Source: Trichodelitschia bisporula
Taxonomy: Eukaryota
NCBI GenBank assembly: GCA_010356995.1
Contig: ML996693.1
Coordinates: forward strand, 62,001-126,000
Reading direction: 5' to 3'
DNA: 64,000 nt
Shown in pieces: positions 1-11,632 of the stretch. Numbering within the stretch: position 1 is the first letter of the stretch; each line of letters begins with the position of its first letter. Made by a program: the position numbers and the translations under genes. A model generated the notes under the pieces. That model had not been told where the DNA came from. It ran no database searches and saw nothing but the letters and a program-made list of their open reading frames with translations.

Positions 1-616
1 GACGCTCCCACGGGTTGACGCAGGGGTTGATGTTCTTCCTCACCTGAAGTACCCGTACTCAAGCCTGACGGGAAACGACTGGGGGCGGGGAAACAACTAA
101 GGGCGAGGGACAAGCGTTAACAGGCGGGAACTAAACATGGCGTTTTTGTTTGGAAGGGAGCAAAATATGTTTATGCTAACGACAAACATTGGATGACGAC
201 GGCTGCTTTTGGATGCTGTGCTGTCAATACTTCGTCGTCGTTGTGATGGGCTATCTGAATGCAGCGAGGGGTTGTGAATCGATGCTGGTGCAGGGAGCAA
301 GTTTGTCGAAGACGAGAGGTCAGAGGTCACTTGCAGTAAGCCACTCAGGGGATACGAGGTGAGAAGTGTTGTGATGGTGGAGAAGGGGGGTTGGCGAAGG
401 TCCCCGTAGTTGGAGGCCTGGCTTGGGAAAGGAAGAAGTAGGCGTCTGTGTGGGGCGTGTTGGTTGGCCTGAATAGGGGTGCGCAACAGCTACGGATCAT
501 TAAATATCCGCCCGGACGTACCTCCTCCGCGCAGGGGTGTCCCGCGCCTACCCTCATTTGCGTGGATTTGAGTGGAAAGCATCACCAACGCCTCCGTAAG
601 CCTCTCCCCACCTCTA

Positions 617-660
617 TACGCCTTCATCCACGCCTTCATCCACGCCTCCATCCACGCCCT
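617..660 (+). repeat. Short 12-bp tandem repeat (ACGCCTTCATCC)n upstream of the FMO gene
   Basis: About 3.5 near-perfect copies read directly from the sequence. Confidence 0.7.
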
Positions 661-1003
661 ACCCGTACCAACTCGTCCGCGCCTAAGAAGCCGTGATAGC
701 TGACCAATTCAGCGGCCCCCAATCGTCCCCACAAAGCCAAATAAAGCACATGTACATCTCCATTCCTCCTGTACCCCTACCTTCCCTGTCTTGTTGCACG
801 TAACTGGTGAGTGGTCATGGGAAGCTCTCGGTCCGCGATGAGTGCTCGAGTAACACTGCCGCAGCTTGCTGCGCCATCCCACACCCGACACGCGCCCGCA
901 AGCCTTGCACGGAGTCTGCCGCTGCCCGCTATGCATGTTTTCATATTCCCTCTTCTCTAAGCCTGCTCATTTCCCGCCAGTCCTCCGTTTCTTGTCGTCC
1001 AGG

Positions 1004-3124
1004 ATGCCTCCTCCCAGGAAATCCGTTGCCATCATCGGCGCTGGTCCGGCTGGTTTGGTGGCCGCCAAGACGCTGCTCCAGTCCCGCTTCGATGTGACCG
1101 TCTTCGAGAAGAAGAGTCGTGTCGGTGGCATGTGGGGTGTGGAGCCGGGTGGGCAGGGTGACTTTTGTTCGCCGGATATGCCTACCAACTTGTCCCGATT
1201 CACCGTCGCCTTTTCCGATTTTGATTGGACTTTCGTAGATGTCGGCCCGACGGGCGTGCCCATGTTCCCGAAGGCGTGGATGGTTGGACGATATCTCCAG
1301 GCCTATGCGGACCGATATATCCCCTCTGAGGCCCTAAAGCTCGAGTCTGAAGTCACCAGTGCCGACCTTTGCCCGTCAGGTTGGCGTCTATCCTGGAAGA
1401 GTGCGCAAGAGGATACCTGCACCGCTGAGTTTGACCATCTCATCGTTGCGTCAGGCTTTTTTTCAAAGCCATGTTCTCCTGCAAGTGCCGGTCAAAACCC
1501 AATCTCCATCCACAGCTCTCAATACCGCGATCTCGCCACTCTCCTGCCTTCGTCACCGCGCGAAGGTGCGATTGTGGTGGTAGGTGGGAGCATATCCGGG
1601 ATCGAGTGCGCTGCAACAGTTGCCTCGCACATCTCGGACGCGAACTGGGCCCCGGATGCAGAGAAAGAGGCTGCCTTCCGCTACCAGCTGTATCATATCG
1701 CATCACAACCGTTCTACGTGCTTCCCAGGTACCTGCCCACTGATCCCAAACCATCTAGACCTACCTTTTTGCCAATTGATCTGGTGATATACGACCTCAC
1801 GCGCAGACCCGACCCAGTCGAACCAGCAGGCGGTCTCATGCCCGAGGACAAGGCGCAAAAGTCGCATGCTTTCTTGGCCGGGCTTGCCAGCGGACAACCT
1901 CTGCCCATTTCCGCAGACGACAAGAAACTACCGTCCTACATCGGCATCAGCGACACCTACGCACAGCATGCCGCCGGCGGTTCAGTCATTCCCGTCCGCG
2001 GCCGTGCCGCCATGTCCGTGTCCGCGGATGGAGACTTGGAGGTCCATTCAGACACCCATTCGGATACCCATTCAGATACCGTCACCTCAATCCCCAACGT
2101 CATCGCAACAATCTACGCAACAGGCTTCACCGCTTCGCTCTCCCTCTCCTACCTCTCCCCCCACGTGCAATCCCTCCTCGACCTCGACCCAACATGCCGC
2201 CGCATCCCCCTCCTCCTCGAACACCACAGCACCTTCGCCCCCCGCCTCCCCACCCTCGCCTTCGTCGGCTTCTACTCAGGACCCTACTGGGCCGTCATGG
2301 AAGCGCAATCCCGGCTCATCGCCGCGCGTTGGACCGGGCAAACCTTCCCCGTCCCCGACATCGGCCTCCTGCAAACCATCCGCACAGCCCTACACAGCAA
2401 CACCCCCGGCGTGCCCCAATTTTGGATGGGCGACTACATCGGCTTAGTCGAATCCATGGCGCGCAGCGTCGGCCTATCCCGCGAAGCCCTGAACCCCCAA
2501 ATCCCACCCCCCGACCCTCTCATCCCCGCGCGGTACTTCACCAAACCATCAGAAAGCGTCCTGCACACGCTCCGCGCGTTCGAACACACCATCACGTCCG
2601 CGAAAGAAGGTGCCTTCCTCCCCGCAGCCGTGTTTGCAAACCTCCAGGGTCGATGGTCAATGCGCCGGACCTTGGTGTCCGCGCTGCCGGGATTTCCCTC
2701 GGGCACGTTCAGCGGCGAGGCTTACTTCCACACGCGCCAACCCACAGATACGGCGTTTGATAGCGAGTACCTGTACGCAGAGGAAGGCACGCTGCGCACA
2801 GAAATGGGACTCGAGCTCAGGGCAAGCAAGCGATACGTATACCGGTACACCGAAGCAGACCGCGCAGTCAAGCTCTTCTTCGTGAAGCCGGATGGGCGGA
2901 CGGTGGATTACTTCTTCCACGAGGTGGGGTTTGAGGGGAAGACGACGGCGCGGGAGTGCTGGGTTGCTAGTGGGAGTCACCTTTGCGAAGCGGATATGTA
3001 TGAGTCTGAGTATGAGTTTTGGTTTGAGGGGGCGGGGTTGAGGAGGTGGTGCCAGAAGTATATGGTTAAGGGACCGAGGAAGGATTATGTTAGTGAGACG
3101 TGGTTTTCTAGGGAAAAGGTGTAG
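1004..3124 (+). CDS. Flavin-containing monooxygenase (FMO-like) with C-terminal DUF6314-like domain
   Basis: Intronless ORF. FAD motif [22 protein letters not shown] fingerprint IHSSQYR, NADPH motif [15 protein letters not shown]. The C-terminal ~160 aa (GRWSMRRTL...YLYAEEG...HLCEADMY...VKGPRKDY) match my recollection of DUF6314. An upstream in-frame ATG exists at 935. Confidence 0.85.
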   Translation: MPPPRKSVAIIGAGPAGLVAAKTLLQSRFDVTVFEKKSRVGGMWGVEPGGQGDFCSPDMPTNLSRFTVAFSDFDWTFVDVGPTGVPMFPKAWMVGRYLQAYADRYIPSEALKLESEVTSADLCPSGWRLSWKSAQEDTCTAEFDHLIVASGFFSKPCSPASAGQNPISIHSSQYRDLATLLPSSPREGAIVVVGGSISGIECAATVASHISDANWAPDAEKEAAFRYQLYHIASQPFYVLPRYLPTDPKPSRPTFLPIDLVIYDLTRRPDPVEPAGGLMPEDKAQKSHAFLAGLASGQPLPISADDKKLPSYIGISDTYAQHAAGGSVIPVRGRAAMSVSADGDLEVHSDTHSDTHSDTVTSIPNVIATIYATGFTASLSLSYLSPHVQSLLDLDPTCRRIPLLLEHHSTFAPRLPTLAFVGFYSGPYWAVMEAQSRLIAARWTGQTFPVPDIGLLQTIRTALHSNTPGVPQFWMGDYIGLVESMARSVGLSREALNPQIPPPDPLIPARYFTKPSESVLHTLRAFEHTITSAKEGAFLPAAVFANLQGRWSMRRTLVSALPGFPSGTFSGEAYFHTRQPTDTAFDSEYLYAEEGTLRTEMGLELRASKRYVYRYTEADRAVKLFFVKPDGRTVDYFFHEVGFEGKTTARECWVASGSHLCEADMYESEYEFWFEGAGLRRWCQKYMVKGPRKDYVSETWFSREKV

Positions 3125-3291
3125 ATAGACAGAGTAGGATGTCTGGATAGAGCCTTGTTGGACATGATTCTTGGCGCAAAAAAAAAACCCAATCGTGCTG
3201 ACCACTTGCGCCAAAGACACACTTCACCATCGCCCATCATTTTCGCCGTGAACAATGGTTGTAAAGACCAAAGTGCAAAAAGAAGAACTTC

Positions 3292-3389
3292 CTCCCCCAC
3301 CTGGGCTCGAACCAGGAACCTCCTGATTGCAACCTCTTCTTGCGAAGTCAGTAACAGTCAGACGCGCTAGCCAATTGCGCCATGGAGGA
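3292..3389 (-). tRNA. tRNA-Asn(GTT) with a 24-nt intron (3328-3351)
   Basis: Acceptor stem TCCTCCA/TGGGGGA, D arm TGGCGCAATTGGCTAGCGC, anticodon arm TCTGA-CTGTTA^A-TCAGG, T loop GGTTCGAGCCC, downstream T-run terminator. Confidence 0.95.
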
Positions 3390-3636
3390 AGTTGAATTGA
3401 TGTATGGAAGTGCGGGGTAGCCATCCTTAATTTGGCATTTCCCGTTCTCGCTACAACCACACATCGTAAATCGAACACTGCATCATTCAGACCGCATCAC
3501 TGTTGATGTTCAGGTGATTATCAGTACTGATGACGGAGATTTGGTGGCAGAACATAATTTGAGTGTTCTATTGTCCAGCCGAGGCTTGACGTCACTCTCA
3601 TCACTCCGAGCTGAATAGCTCCACCACCCCAACGAT

Positions 3637-3839
3637 GATGTGGGTATGGAAGGAACACCGCTATGTCAAGAAGGAGCGCATGATGTAATGCGAGTATGAT
3701 AGAAGGCAGGAGCAAAGGAGGATACTTGGCATCGTGTATTTAATCTTGAGAGTCTCTTCCTCTCTTCCTCTCTTGTCTTCTTCAATCCTCAGGTTACACA
3801 TATGTTATTGGAGGTGTACGAGCCCTGCTCCCATCAAAC
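3637..3839 (+). repeat. Dispersed ~200-bp repeat, copy 1 (solo-LTR-like or other non-autonomous element relic)
   Basis: Shares CATGATGTAAT, GGATACTTGGCAT and a CTCTTCCTCTCTT-type tract with copies at 55849-56057 (+) and 63822-63985 (-). Also shares AAAGGAGGATACTTGGCAT and CCCATCAAAC with the 55849 copy. Confidence 0.85.
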
Positions 3840-4110
3840 GACACCTCTATATCACTGAGCAACAATTCAGAGTCACGAAGCATCAACCCATATTTGGACC
3901 TTGCTGATGGGCATCTTGCGCTATTGCCGTCCCTGCATGGAGCGCGCTACCAAAATTGGGTGCGGAAGCATCCGTTCCCCGCATAAAGTGCACGGAGAAA
4001 TAAGTGTCATCAATTAAGCACGAATCCCGTCGGGAAAAATAGAGCTTGACGTCCAGAACAAAAAGGCCTATGCTTCCCAAGACCTCAACTCAAAAAGCTC
4101 ACTACTAACC

Positions 4111-5089
4111 ATGCGCAGCCTCTCATTCCTTTTCGTCGCTCTCTTAGCCACCGCCGGCGCGCTCGAGGCCTCCCAGGAGGCCGAGACAGCCTTGCCAGCC
4201 CCAGGTTCCCTCCAACAGATAAAAGACTTCACCGGCCCCACTAACGCCAGCCTCTACATCTACGTCCCACCTAAACTCCCCCCCTCTCCCGCCCTCCTCG
4301 TCGCAGTCCACCACTGTGCCGGCAACGCACCAGGCTTCTTCCGCTCCACGCCCTACAAGGCCCTCGCCGACGCCCATGGCTTCATAGTCGCCTACCCGCA
4401 CTCGTACCACAGCGGCGGGTGCTGGGATGTCAGTTCGCGTGCTACACTCAAGCATGGTGGCGGGGGGGACAGCGCGTCTATTGCCGCGATGGTGGGGTGG
4501 GTGCTCAAGGCGCACCCGGCGACGGATAAGAGCCGGGTGTACCTGACTGGGACGAGCAGCGGCGCGATGATGACGGTATGTTCCGCGGGAAGCGCGTCCT
4601 GAGGTGTTACTGATAGGGTAGAACGTCCTCGCGGCGACATATCCCGAGCTCTTCGCCGCGGCGGTCGTGTACAGCGGCGTGCCGGCTGGGTGTTTCAGCA
4701 TGCCCGTCGCGACTGCTTCCAGCGCCGAGGCCCCGCCGTGGAACTCAACCTGCTCGCAAGGAAAACTCATCAGCTCAGTCCAGCACTGGGCACAGATCGC
4801 AAAGGACATGTACCCGGGCTACAGCGGACCGCGGCCGCGGATGCGCATTATACATGGTGGAACGGATACGGCGCTGCTGCCGCCGAACTATAATGAGACG
4901 ATCAAGCAGTGGTCTGGAGTGTTTGGATATGACTGGACGAAACCGGTGTCGGTGAAGCAGGACACGCCTAAGCACGGGTATTCGACGACCTCGTGGGGGC
5001 CGAAGCTGGAGGGTGTTTGGGCGGCGAAGGAAGGGCATACGGTGCCGTATATGGGGGAGGCAGATATGAAGTTCTTTGGACTAGGCTGA
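4111..5089 (+). CDS. Secreted acetylxylan esterase, CE1 / PHB-depolymerase-like family (AxeA-like)
   Basis: Signal peptide; motifs LYIYVP, VAVHHC, CWDVSS, GGGDS, catalytic GTSSGAMM, IHGGTD, GHTVP. Intron 4576-4621 (GTATGT...TACTGAT...TAG) joins the two ORF segments in frame. Confidence 0.93.
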
Positions 5090-6725
5090 TGCGGAGAAGC
5101 TGCGATAAGCTGAATAGAATGATATTCTGAAGAGTCGAGGCGCCAGCTACCAGGAACATACCGTCCAGAATTGAACTGAGCGGCCATCTGCCTCAGCATC
5201 AGCCTTGCCCACTGGAAGTACAGGATTGACATGTGCAAATGGCTGCGGTGGGAAAGCGAAGAGTTGACAAGACGACGAAGAGAAGAGAGTTGAGAGACGC
5301 TGAAGAATAAATACAAGGTGTCCTACGATGCTCCTTCCTTCTGTTATGAGCATATTACCATGTGCCTGCCTCCATTGTGCGCACATGTCGTCACCAGCGC
5401 CTTCCGTTGGCATGTCCAAGGGCTAGAACTAGGTGAAAAAGTCGTATCGCGCATTCGTCGGTGGCCTCTAACAACAGCCGGGTGGGAGGTGACACGACTT
5501 TTTCACCTAGCCCTTGGTCCCTGCCCCAGAGTGGTGTGCTCCTTCCGATTAACCCATGGGCACCCCTAACCCACAGCCGATGTTCAACTATCCGTTCCCT
5601 ATCGCAGAGCTACGACGCGCCCTCACACTTCCTCTCAACAACAAAACCCAACAACACCACCCAGCCCGGCACCGCATCGTGGTATCAATCCCTCATCGCC
5701 AACATCTCAAACTTCGAACCGAGCCGCCTTCCTCCAAGCTCAGGCGTACCTTCATCGTGGTCAGCCGGATGCAGGGTGCCAGGAGCGCGAATGCCCGGAT
5801 CCAATTTGTCGTTTGAAGGTGCGCGAGCTGAGAATGGGCTCGCCGAAGGTCGGCCGGTCGGCCACGGTTCCTGGATTCATCGCCTAACGGAGGTTTGTTG
5901 TGGCGTTTTAACGCCCATGATGGCGTATGTGGCGCATACTTCGGGTTGCTGCGGGATCAGTGCCGCGTGGCCAACATCCGACGAACATTCAAAGCATGCC
6001 TGCTGTTGTGGACATTACCCCGCGTTCACAACCCGAAGCAGGTCGTCCATGGCTCGTATGATCCGTGAGCTGTCGTCATTGCCGCAGATTTCGAAGTTCT
6101 TGGAGGTGACCTTGGTCCATTCATCACTGTGGTGTTAAGCCGTACGCCAATGGCCATCACCAATGGAATTGATTTTGATGCTTCCGCATAGGGCATATTG
6201 TTCCATGAATGGTGCCGCGTCCTTCAGCTCGATATCAGAAATGAGGTGCATGCCAGTGTTGAACGGCGAGGCCTTGAACGAGGCTGAAGGGAACCTGGAG
6301 GCGGCCCGTGGCGGCCGTTGCCGAGCTTCGCGATCTTGGCGCCGATAAGGACCACATTCGATGCCGAGTCGAAGGTTCATCGTGAGATGGTGCCAGATCC
6401 GAGCGAGAAGTCCTAGGAATAGCTGCTGTTGGTGACGCCGGGTCCAAGATCCAGAAACTCGCAGCCAAGACAGGAACAATCCGACCGTTCACCAAATCAA
6501 CGCCAAGCCGAACCCAACAGTCACTCGCACGCCAGAGTATCAGTGTGGGTATCATAAGCTACATCATGCGGCCCCGAAGACGCCCCTCCATACCAGGCGC
6601 TTAGCCGGCACACACGCCAAACCCAGGCTCTCGCCTGTCTAAGCGATCAGAATGCAAACCCTACAACGTCCGGCAAAAGCCATATGTACAAGAACCGAAC
6701 CCCTACGCCACCACCGACCCAATTT

Positions 6726-7355
6726 TCACACCCTCCGCCCATCCTCAGGATAATAATACCGCCCCTCCCCCGGGCCCATCCCCAATGGACTCCCCATCGG
6801 ACTCCGCAAAGACCTCGGACTCGTCGGACTCGCAATCGGCCTCGGCACATCCGGCAACCTCCCCAACGGCGCAGGTCCAGGCCCGGGACTCGCCGGTCCC
6901 CACCCAGACTTCACACTGCTCGCACGGGAGGAGTACGTATTAGTCAGCGGCGTCAGGGGCCTCGAACTACCCTTGCGGCTCGCAGCGAGGCTCCCCGCCG
7001 TCATTGTGCGGGAGCTGCCTGGACGGGGACTCCCAGGGTCCTTCTCCATTGTCCTTGGGAAGGGTGAAGTCATAGGCGGGAGGGACTTGAGTTCTGAGGC
7101 TGCGGCTGCCTGGCGAGCGGTTTCGGCCTTGTGGCGCATGCGTCGGGTTATCATGCCGATTATGGTGATGATGGCGAGGATGCCGTAGAGGCCTACTATG
7201 CCGAGGGCGACGTAGGTGGGGATGCTGTTGTCGTTGTTGTCGCTGGAATTTTGGGCAGAGGTGGGGAGGCCGGTTGTGATGGTTTTGGTGCTGGTGCTGG
7301 TGGGGGCGCTGGTCGTTATGGTTACAACGGCGGCGAGGGTGGTTGGGGAGGACAT
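6726..7355 (-). CDS. Hypothetical single-pass membrane protein (Thr-rich N-terminus, TM helix, Ser/Pro-rich tail)
   Basis: 209-aa ATG ORF. Hydrophobic helix YVALGIVGLYGILAIITIIGMI followed by basic TRRMRHK; many SP sites in the tail. Confidence 0.7.
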   Translation of the reverse strand: MSSPTTLAAVVTITTSAPTSTSTKTITTGLPTSAQNSSDNNDNSIPTYVALGIVGLYGILAIITIIGMITRRMRHKAETARQAAAASELKSLPPMTSPFPRTMEKDPGSPRPGSSRTMTAGSLAASRKGSSRPLTPLTNTYSSRASSVKSGWGPASPGPGPAPLGRLPDVPRPIASPTSPRSLRSPMGSPLGMGPGEGRYYYPEDGRRV

Positions 7356-10178
7356 GGCTGTGAGGAAGAGAGGTTCTGGCGTGTGCGGCTGAGGTGAGGT
7401 CAGATGGTATATCGAAAGTGAAGGTGCTTGCGCGCGGTCCGCGTGAACGAGTGTGGTGTGCGTGAATGAGCGTCGTGGTCCAAGGAGTGGAGTGTGGAAA
7501 ATGTGCCAAAGAGCGTAGCCGGGTCAAAAGCCGATATCAGGTAAAGAGCGTCAGCGACAGTCGTCGTCCATCAACAGTCTCGCACCGTCAACCAGCAAAG
7601 CAAGCAAGCAAGCAACAAAAAAGCAGGCACCCTCAAATCTTCCCTCTTTGACCCAAAACCACGCAGAAAAAAACCCGCGGGCCCCCTCCGCCTATAAATT
7701 CCCGCCAACCCACAAAAACGACAACCACCGATCACCCGACCCACCCCCATCCCCAAGCTCCCACCGGGACCCACCACTGGACCCATACGCTATCCACACG
7801 CTATCACCCACCACTGCAAAAACTCCACATCCCCCGGCCCAGGGGAACCATGAGCGTGAACTACCGACCAACCCAAGCAGTGCTTGCTCGCTCGCCGCGC
7901 CCGCAGCGTCAGCCTAGCGTCCGAACGTTCGCACTCGAAGCCGCCGAAGCGCCGCCCGTAGACGCGGTAGCCCGGGCCTAGCAGTGGCCTGTCTGGGCGG
8001 GGCGCGGCGGGGCGCGCATCGGGGCTCAAGAAGCAGAGACATAAAATGCGTATAGCGAGCGGCTGGGGCGTTGGGCGGGTGCGCCGGAGAGGCTGTGCTC
8101 TGAAACGGTTGCGTGAGCCCGTTGGCTTCTTTTGCGTCTTGTTGGTAGGCTTTCGGTGTTTTTTTTTTGCAGGCGGGTGTGGGTGAGGTTGAAAGGGTGG
8201 GTGTTAAGCTTTGGGGCGGCCTGGGGTAGCTGCTTCTGGTAAAGGGGGATTGGCAATAGCTAACGGGGTGGGGCGGTGGGTATGCGAGTGCTATTTGGGG
8301 TGCGGTGGGGGGGTTTTGCTGGTGGTTTGCAAGGAATGGATGGGAGCTGAGAGACGGAGTGCTAAGCTAGGTCATTGCCGGTTTGGTGATGCTACCGGGA
8401 ATTCGGGTTTCGCTTCGGTGTTTACTGGTACAGCACTGGGAGTACAACATAGCTCTCATGTACATACACGAAACATCAAAAGTCCAACACGAGCACGCAT
8501 GATGTCGCGGTATCCCAATCCCTATTCACCGGAGACACCCCCGCAGCGCCCGCGCGCCCATCCCGTACAACGTTGTCGGATGAGAGGACGAGGCTGACCG
8601 CCGACATCCCGACGGGGGGCGCAACACCCGTGCTGATCGCGGTGACAACCCGGTAAAGGCTGCAGGTCCCGAGTGTGGAACACGGGCGTGGCTTATGGCT
8701 GGTGACATTATTTTGACAGTTCAACTCAAAGCCGTCTGCTATGTATGTTCGGCAATTCTTCGTCGACAAACTCGACTCGAGCAAAATATTGACAGCATGT
8801 AAGCACTGCATGTAAGCAGGCTACCCATCCCTGCACGTATCCCCATTTCTCCTTTTGGCATTCGCGAACTACTGCTTCTAGTCTTCGAGACCGTCGCACG
8901 CCGGCGCGAAATATCCACGTTCCTGCCATGACGATTTGAGCATCCGAGTCAGGGGCCTGCATTGATCAGTGATGCGCTTACCACCCCGCCAAGTGAACGG
9001 ACGCGCAGTCCGCGCTCTCGGCGCGGGTGTGCGGATCCACTTTCTTCTTTTCCAAGGTCGTTTGCTGGCGGCGCGGCAATAATGCGAGGATCTTGACGGT
9101 GAGCATGGTGACAGGGGTGGCGGGCGATCGTGGAGCGGAGATCTGATGCTATTTGAGGTTTGGAATCTGCGTCCCCAATTGAGACATGGTGATGGATGGC
9201 GGGCTGAATAGGATGAAGAAGTCGGAATGCCAGCGCCGCTGCTTCTGCTGATGAAGAGATGAACGCAAAGGCAGAATGGCATTCTGGATATATATTTGGC
9301 ATCAACCTCGTGAGCGCAGCCCTGTCGCGTAACTGGGATGCGACCACCGACTCGCTCCTTCGGTACGAACATGCAGCGGCTTGATGGCAGCTCTCTGCGG
9401 GGGATATGTAGCACGATGAAAAAGATGACAGATAGTACAGGCTGCATGATTCAGACTGAACCATCAATGCAGACTGCATGAGAAAATTGATACGGATGTA
9501 GACATGATAAGGCTTAGGTCTTCTATAAAGGATCCGGACACTTCCAATGTCTTTCCCGAAAACCCGGGTGGATGAGTTGGTCTTGACGCTAGACAGCATC
9601 CCGATGGAATATAAGAACACCTTCTGAGGAACGCTCCCTCTTCATGACTTCGATCGATTCTTTCAACGTCAAGAGCAGGCAAACGGGTGATAAGTCAGTG
9701 AACTCGAAGTGTGATGGAAATAGAGGCGTTCTCTGCTGGATCGACATGCATTAGTTCTAGCGTCCGTAAGAATTTACATATGCTTAATAGCTGGTTAAGG
9801 CCGACCCAAAATAGGCAAGTGCGGCGACATATGATAGCGTATGAGACCTCAATCATCTTGACAAAGGCTGTCTATAAGGTCACGTCCTAATAGGGTTCCC
9901 GAGCCTCGTCGGTGAGAAAGAGAGCCCCCTTGAAGAGCTAAGCAGCGCCCTCAGTCCCTCTTCGATTATGGACGTAATGGCGCCAGGCCCTGGTGACTGA
10001 CAGTGGACTCCATACAGCCTTGCGGAATGTACAATTCAAAGTGATTTTCAAAGCAGGCGCTGGCAGTAGACTACGATCTTCGGCACATGTACAACTACGC
10101 TCTGGCAAACGTCAACTAGACATCCACATCATCGCACATATAAACAAATCGCACCACGGGTATCCCAAAAAACCAAAC

Positions 10179-11318
10179 TCACAACCGACTCCCCCTCCCC
10201 CCATCCAGTATCTCCCCAAAAACCCCCACCCCCCTCCTCCCCAACGCCGTCGCAACCCCAACCACATCCGCCCCGGCGGCCTTCATCCTCTCAAACCCCG
10301 CCCGATCCTTCACCCCGCCCACTCCAATAATCCTAATCCCCGCCAACGTAGGCACAAGATCCAACGTCCTTCTCAACATCCTCACATTCCCCAACGCAAC
10401 AGTATGCAACCCCACCCCCCCCATCCCCCCCACCCCCTCCCCCGTCTCGCTATACAACGCCGGCCGCCCACCCTCATTCAACAGCAGCCCCGGCCAGAGC
10501 GTATTCGTCGCCGTGACAAAAGCAACGGGACTCGGATACGGCACGCCCAGCAGCGCGCGCTGCAACTCGCTAAACTGCACGGGATTCGTGTACGGCGGCA
10601 CTTTCAGCCCCATCGGCACCGTGACCTCGCCGTGTTCTTCCTCCTCCGCCGCCGCGTTCCTTAGCACAAGGAGGTATTCCCTTAACGCGCGCGTGTCATA
10701 GGCGGGTGGCGCGCGGCCCGCAATGTTCGGGCAGCTGAGATTTACTTCTAGCAAAAGGGGTATGGGGACTGCGCGCGCGGCGGCGGAGACGAGGCGGTAG
10801 CATTCGATGAGTTCGCCGGGGGAGCCGGTAACGCTGACGATGATGGGTTTGTCGGTGCGTGGGGGGTTTTCCTTTGCGAGGGTGTGGATGTGTTCTAGTG
10901 TTGTTGCGAGCGGGATGGGGCTGTACCCCAGCGTATTGGCGCTCGTCGTAGCCGCGGGGTCGGTCTCGGGTGCGGCCCCGTCGGAGGCCAGGTCGGAATC
11001 GGGGCGCTTGAGCGGCGCGGCTGCACCCTTGTTGATATCGAAGAAAGCGTACTGGTGCACGGCGTCGTCGTGCGGGAAGCCGGTCAGCGTGTGCGTGCGC
11101 GTGGTCACGCCGCCGGTGTGCGGGTTGTGATAGAGGGCGCGGAGGTCGTCGAGGGTTGTTGCCCAGGGGCAGGCGGAGTTGATGAGCGGTGGGTTGATGT
11201 TGAGCTTCATGGCTGCAACGGCGTAGGGCCGGGTTGTGGTGGTGATGCTGGCCATGTTGTGGTTGTTGTTGGGACCGGGCGGCGGGAGATAAGATGGCGA
11301 TGCCGGGGTCGATAACAT
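10179..11318 (-). CDS. Class-1A dihydroorotate-dehydrogenase-like (Ura1-like) FMN protein, probable dihydrouracil oxidase
   Basis: Motifs PPLINSACPWAT, TTRT, NTLGYS, EVNLSCPN, GLKVPPY, TATNTL, GGMGG, IIGVGGV. Intronless. C-terminus is SRL. The true start may be the ATG at 11255 or 11210. Confidence 0.85.
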   Translation of the reverse strand: MLSTPASPSYLPPPGPNNNHNMASITTTTRPYAVAAMKLNINPPLINSACPWATTLDDLRALYHNPHTGGVTTRTHTLTGFPHDDAVHQYAFFDINKGAAAPLKRPDSDLASDGAAPETDPAATTSANTLGYSPIPLATTLEHIHTLAKENPPRTDKPIIVSVTGSPGELIECYRLVSAAARAVPIPLLLEVNLSCPNIAGRAPPAYDTRALREYLLVLRNAAAEEEEHGEVTVPMGLKVPPYTNPVQFSELQRALLGVPYPSPVAFVTATNTLWPGLLLNEGGRPALYSETGEGVGGMGGVGLHTVALGNVRMLRRTLDLVPTLAGIRIIGVGGVKDRAGFERMKAAGADVVGVATALGRRGVGVFGEILDGGRGSRL

Positions 11319-11632
11319 CGCCGCGTGGTCACGTTGGCTGCTGACGCCACGACGCCATGTGGGATGGCGACTGCCGCTTATCGCGTTTAGGCTGGGGATT
11401 TGAGGTGGGGGGATTTATGGCATTGGATCATGGTATCTGACTTGCACCTGTTGCTTAACTACCTTCCGCGTTGGGATGGTTCCCGTATGTCTGATTGAAT
11501 TGGCCACTGGCCGTCATCGTCGCTAATGTCGGATCTCGCACTGCATCGCCCAAACAAGGCTACGCGGTGCTTAAGATCAATTTGCAGGCCAAAGATCTGA
11601 CGACAGTCTCGCGTAGATCTCCTAGAGCGCAT

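Noticed and set aside
1..486. 5' exon of a minus-strand gene running off the window (GTGAG donor near 43)
   Set aside because: No open frame from a convincing ATG reaches the donor; the evidence is insufficient.
5461..6555. ORFs of 106-225 aa and a possible decayed minus-strand gene
   Set aside because: No recognisable motifs or splice structure, and interrupted by stops; neither a gene nor a pseudogene call can be supported.
8400..9950. ORFs 8878-9447 and 8949-9620, or a possible ncRNA
   Set aside because: Non-ATG or weak starts, no domain signal, and no snRNA, snoRNA or riboswitch consensus that I could recognise.
1004..11318. Secondary-metabolite gene cluster around the FMO, esterase and flavoprotein
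   Set aside because: No PKS, NRPS, terpene synthase, cluster transcription factor or transporter; the genes are functionally unrelated and widely spaced.
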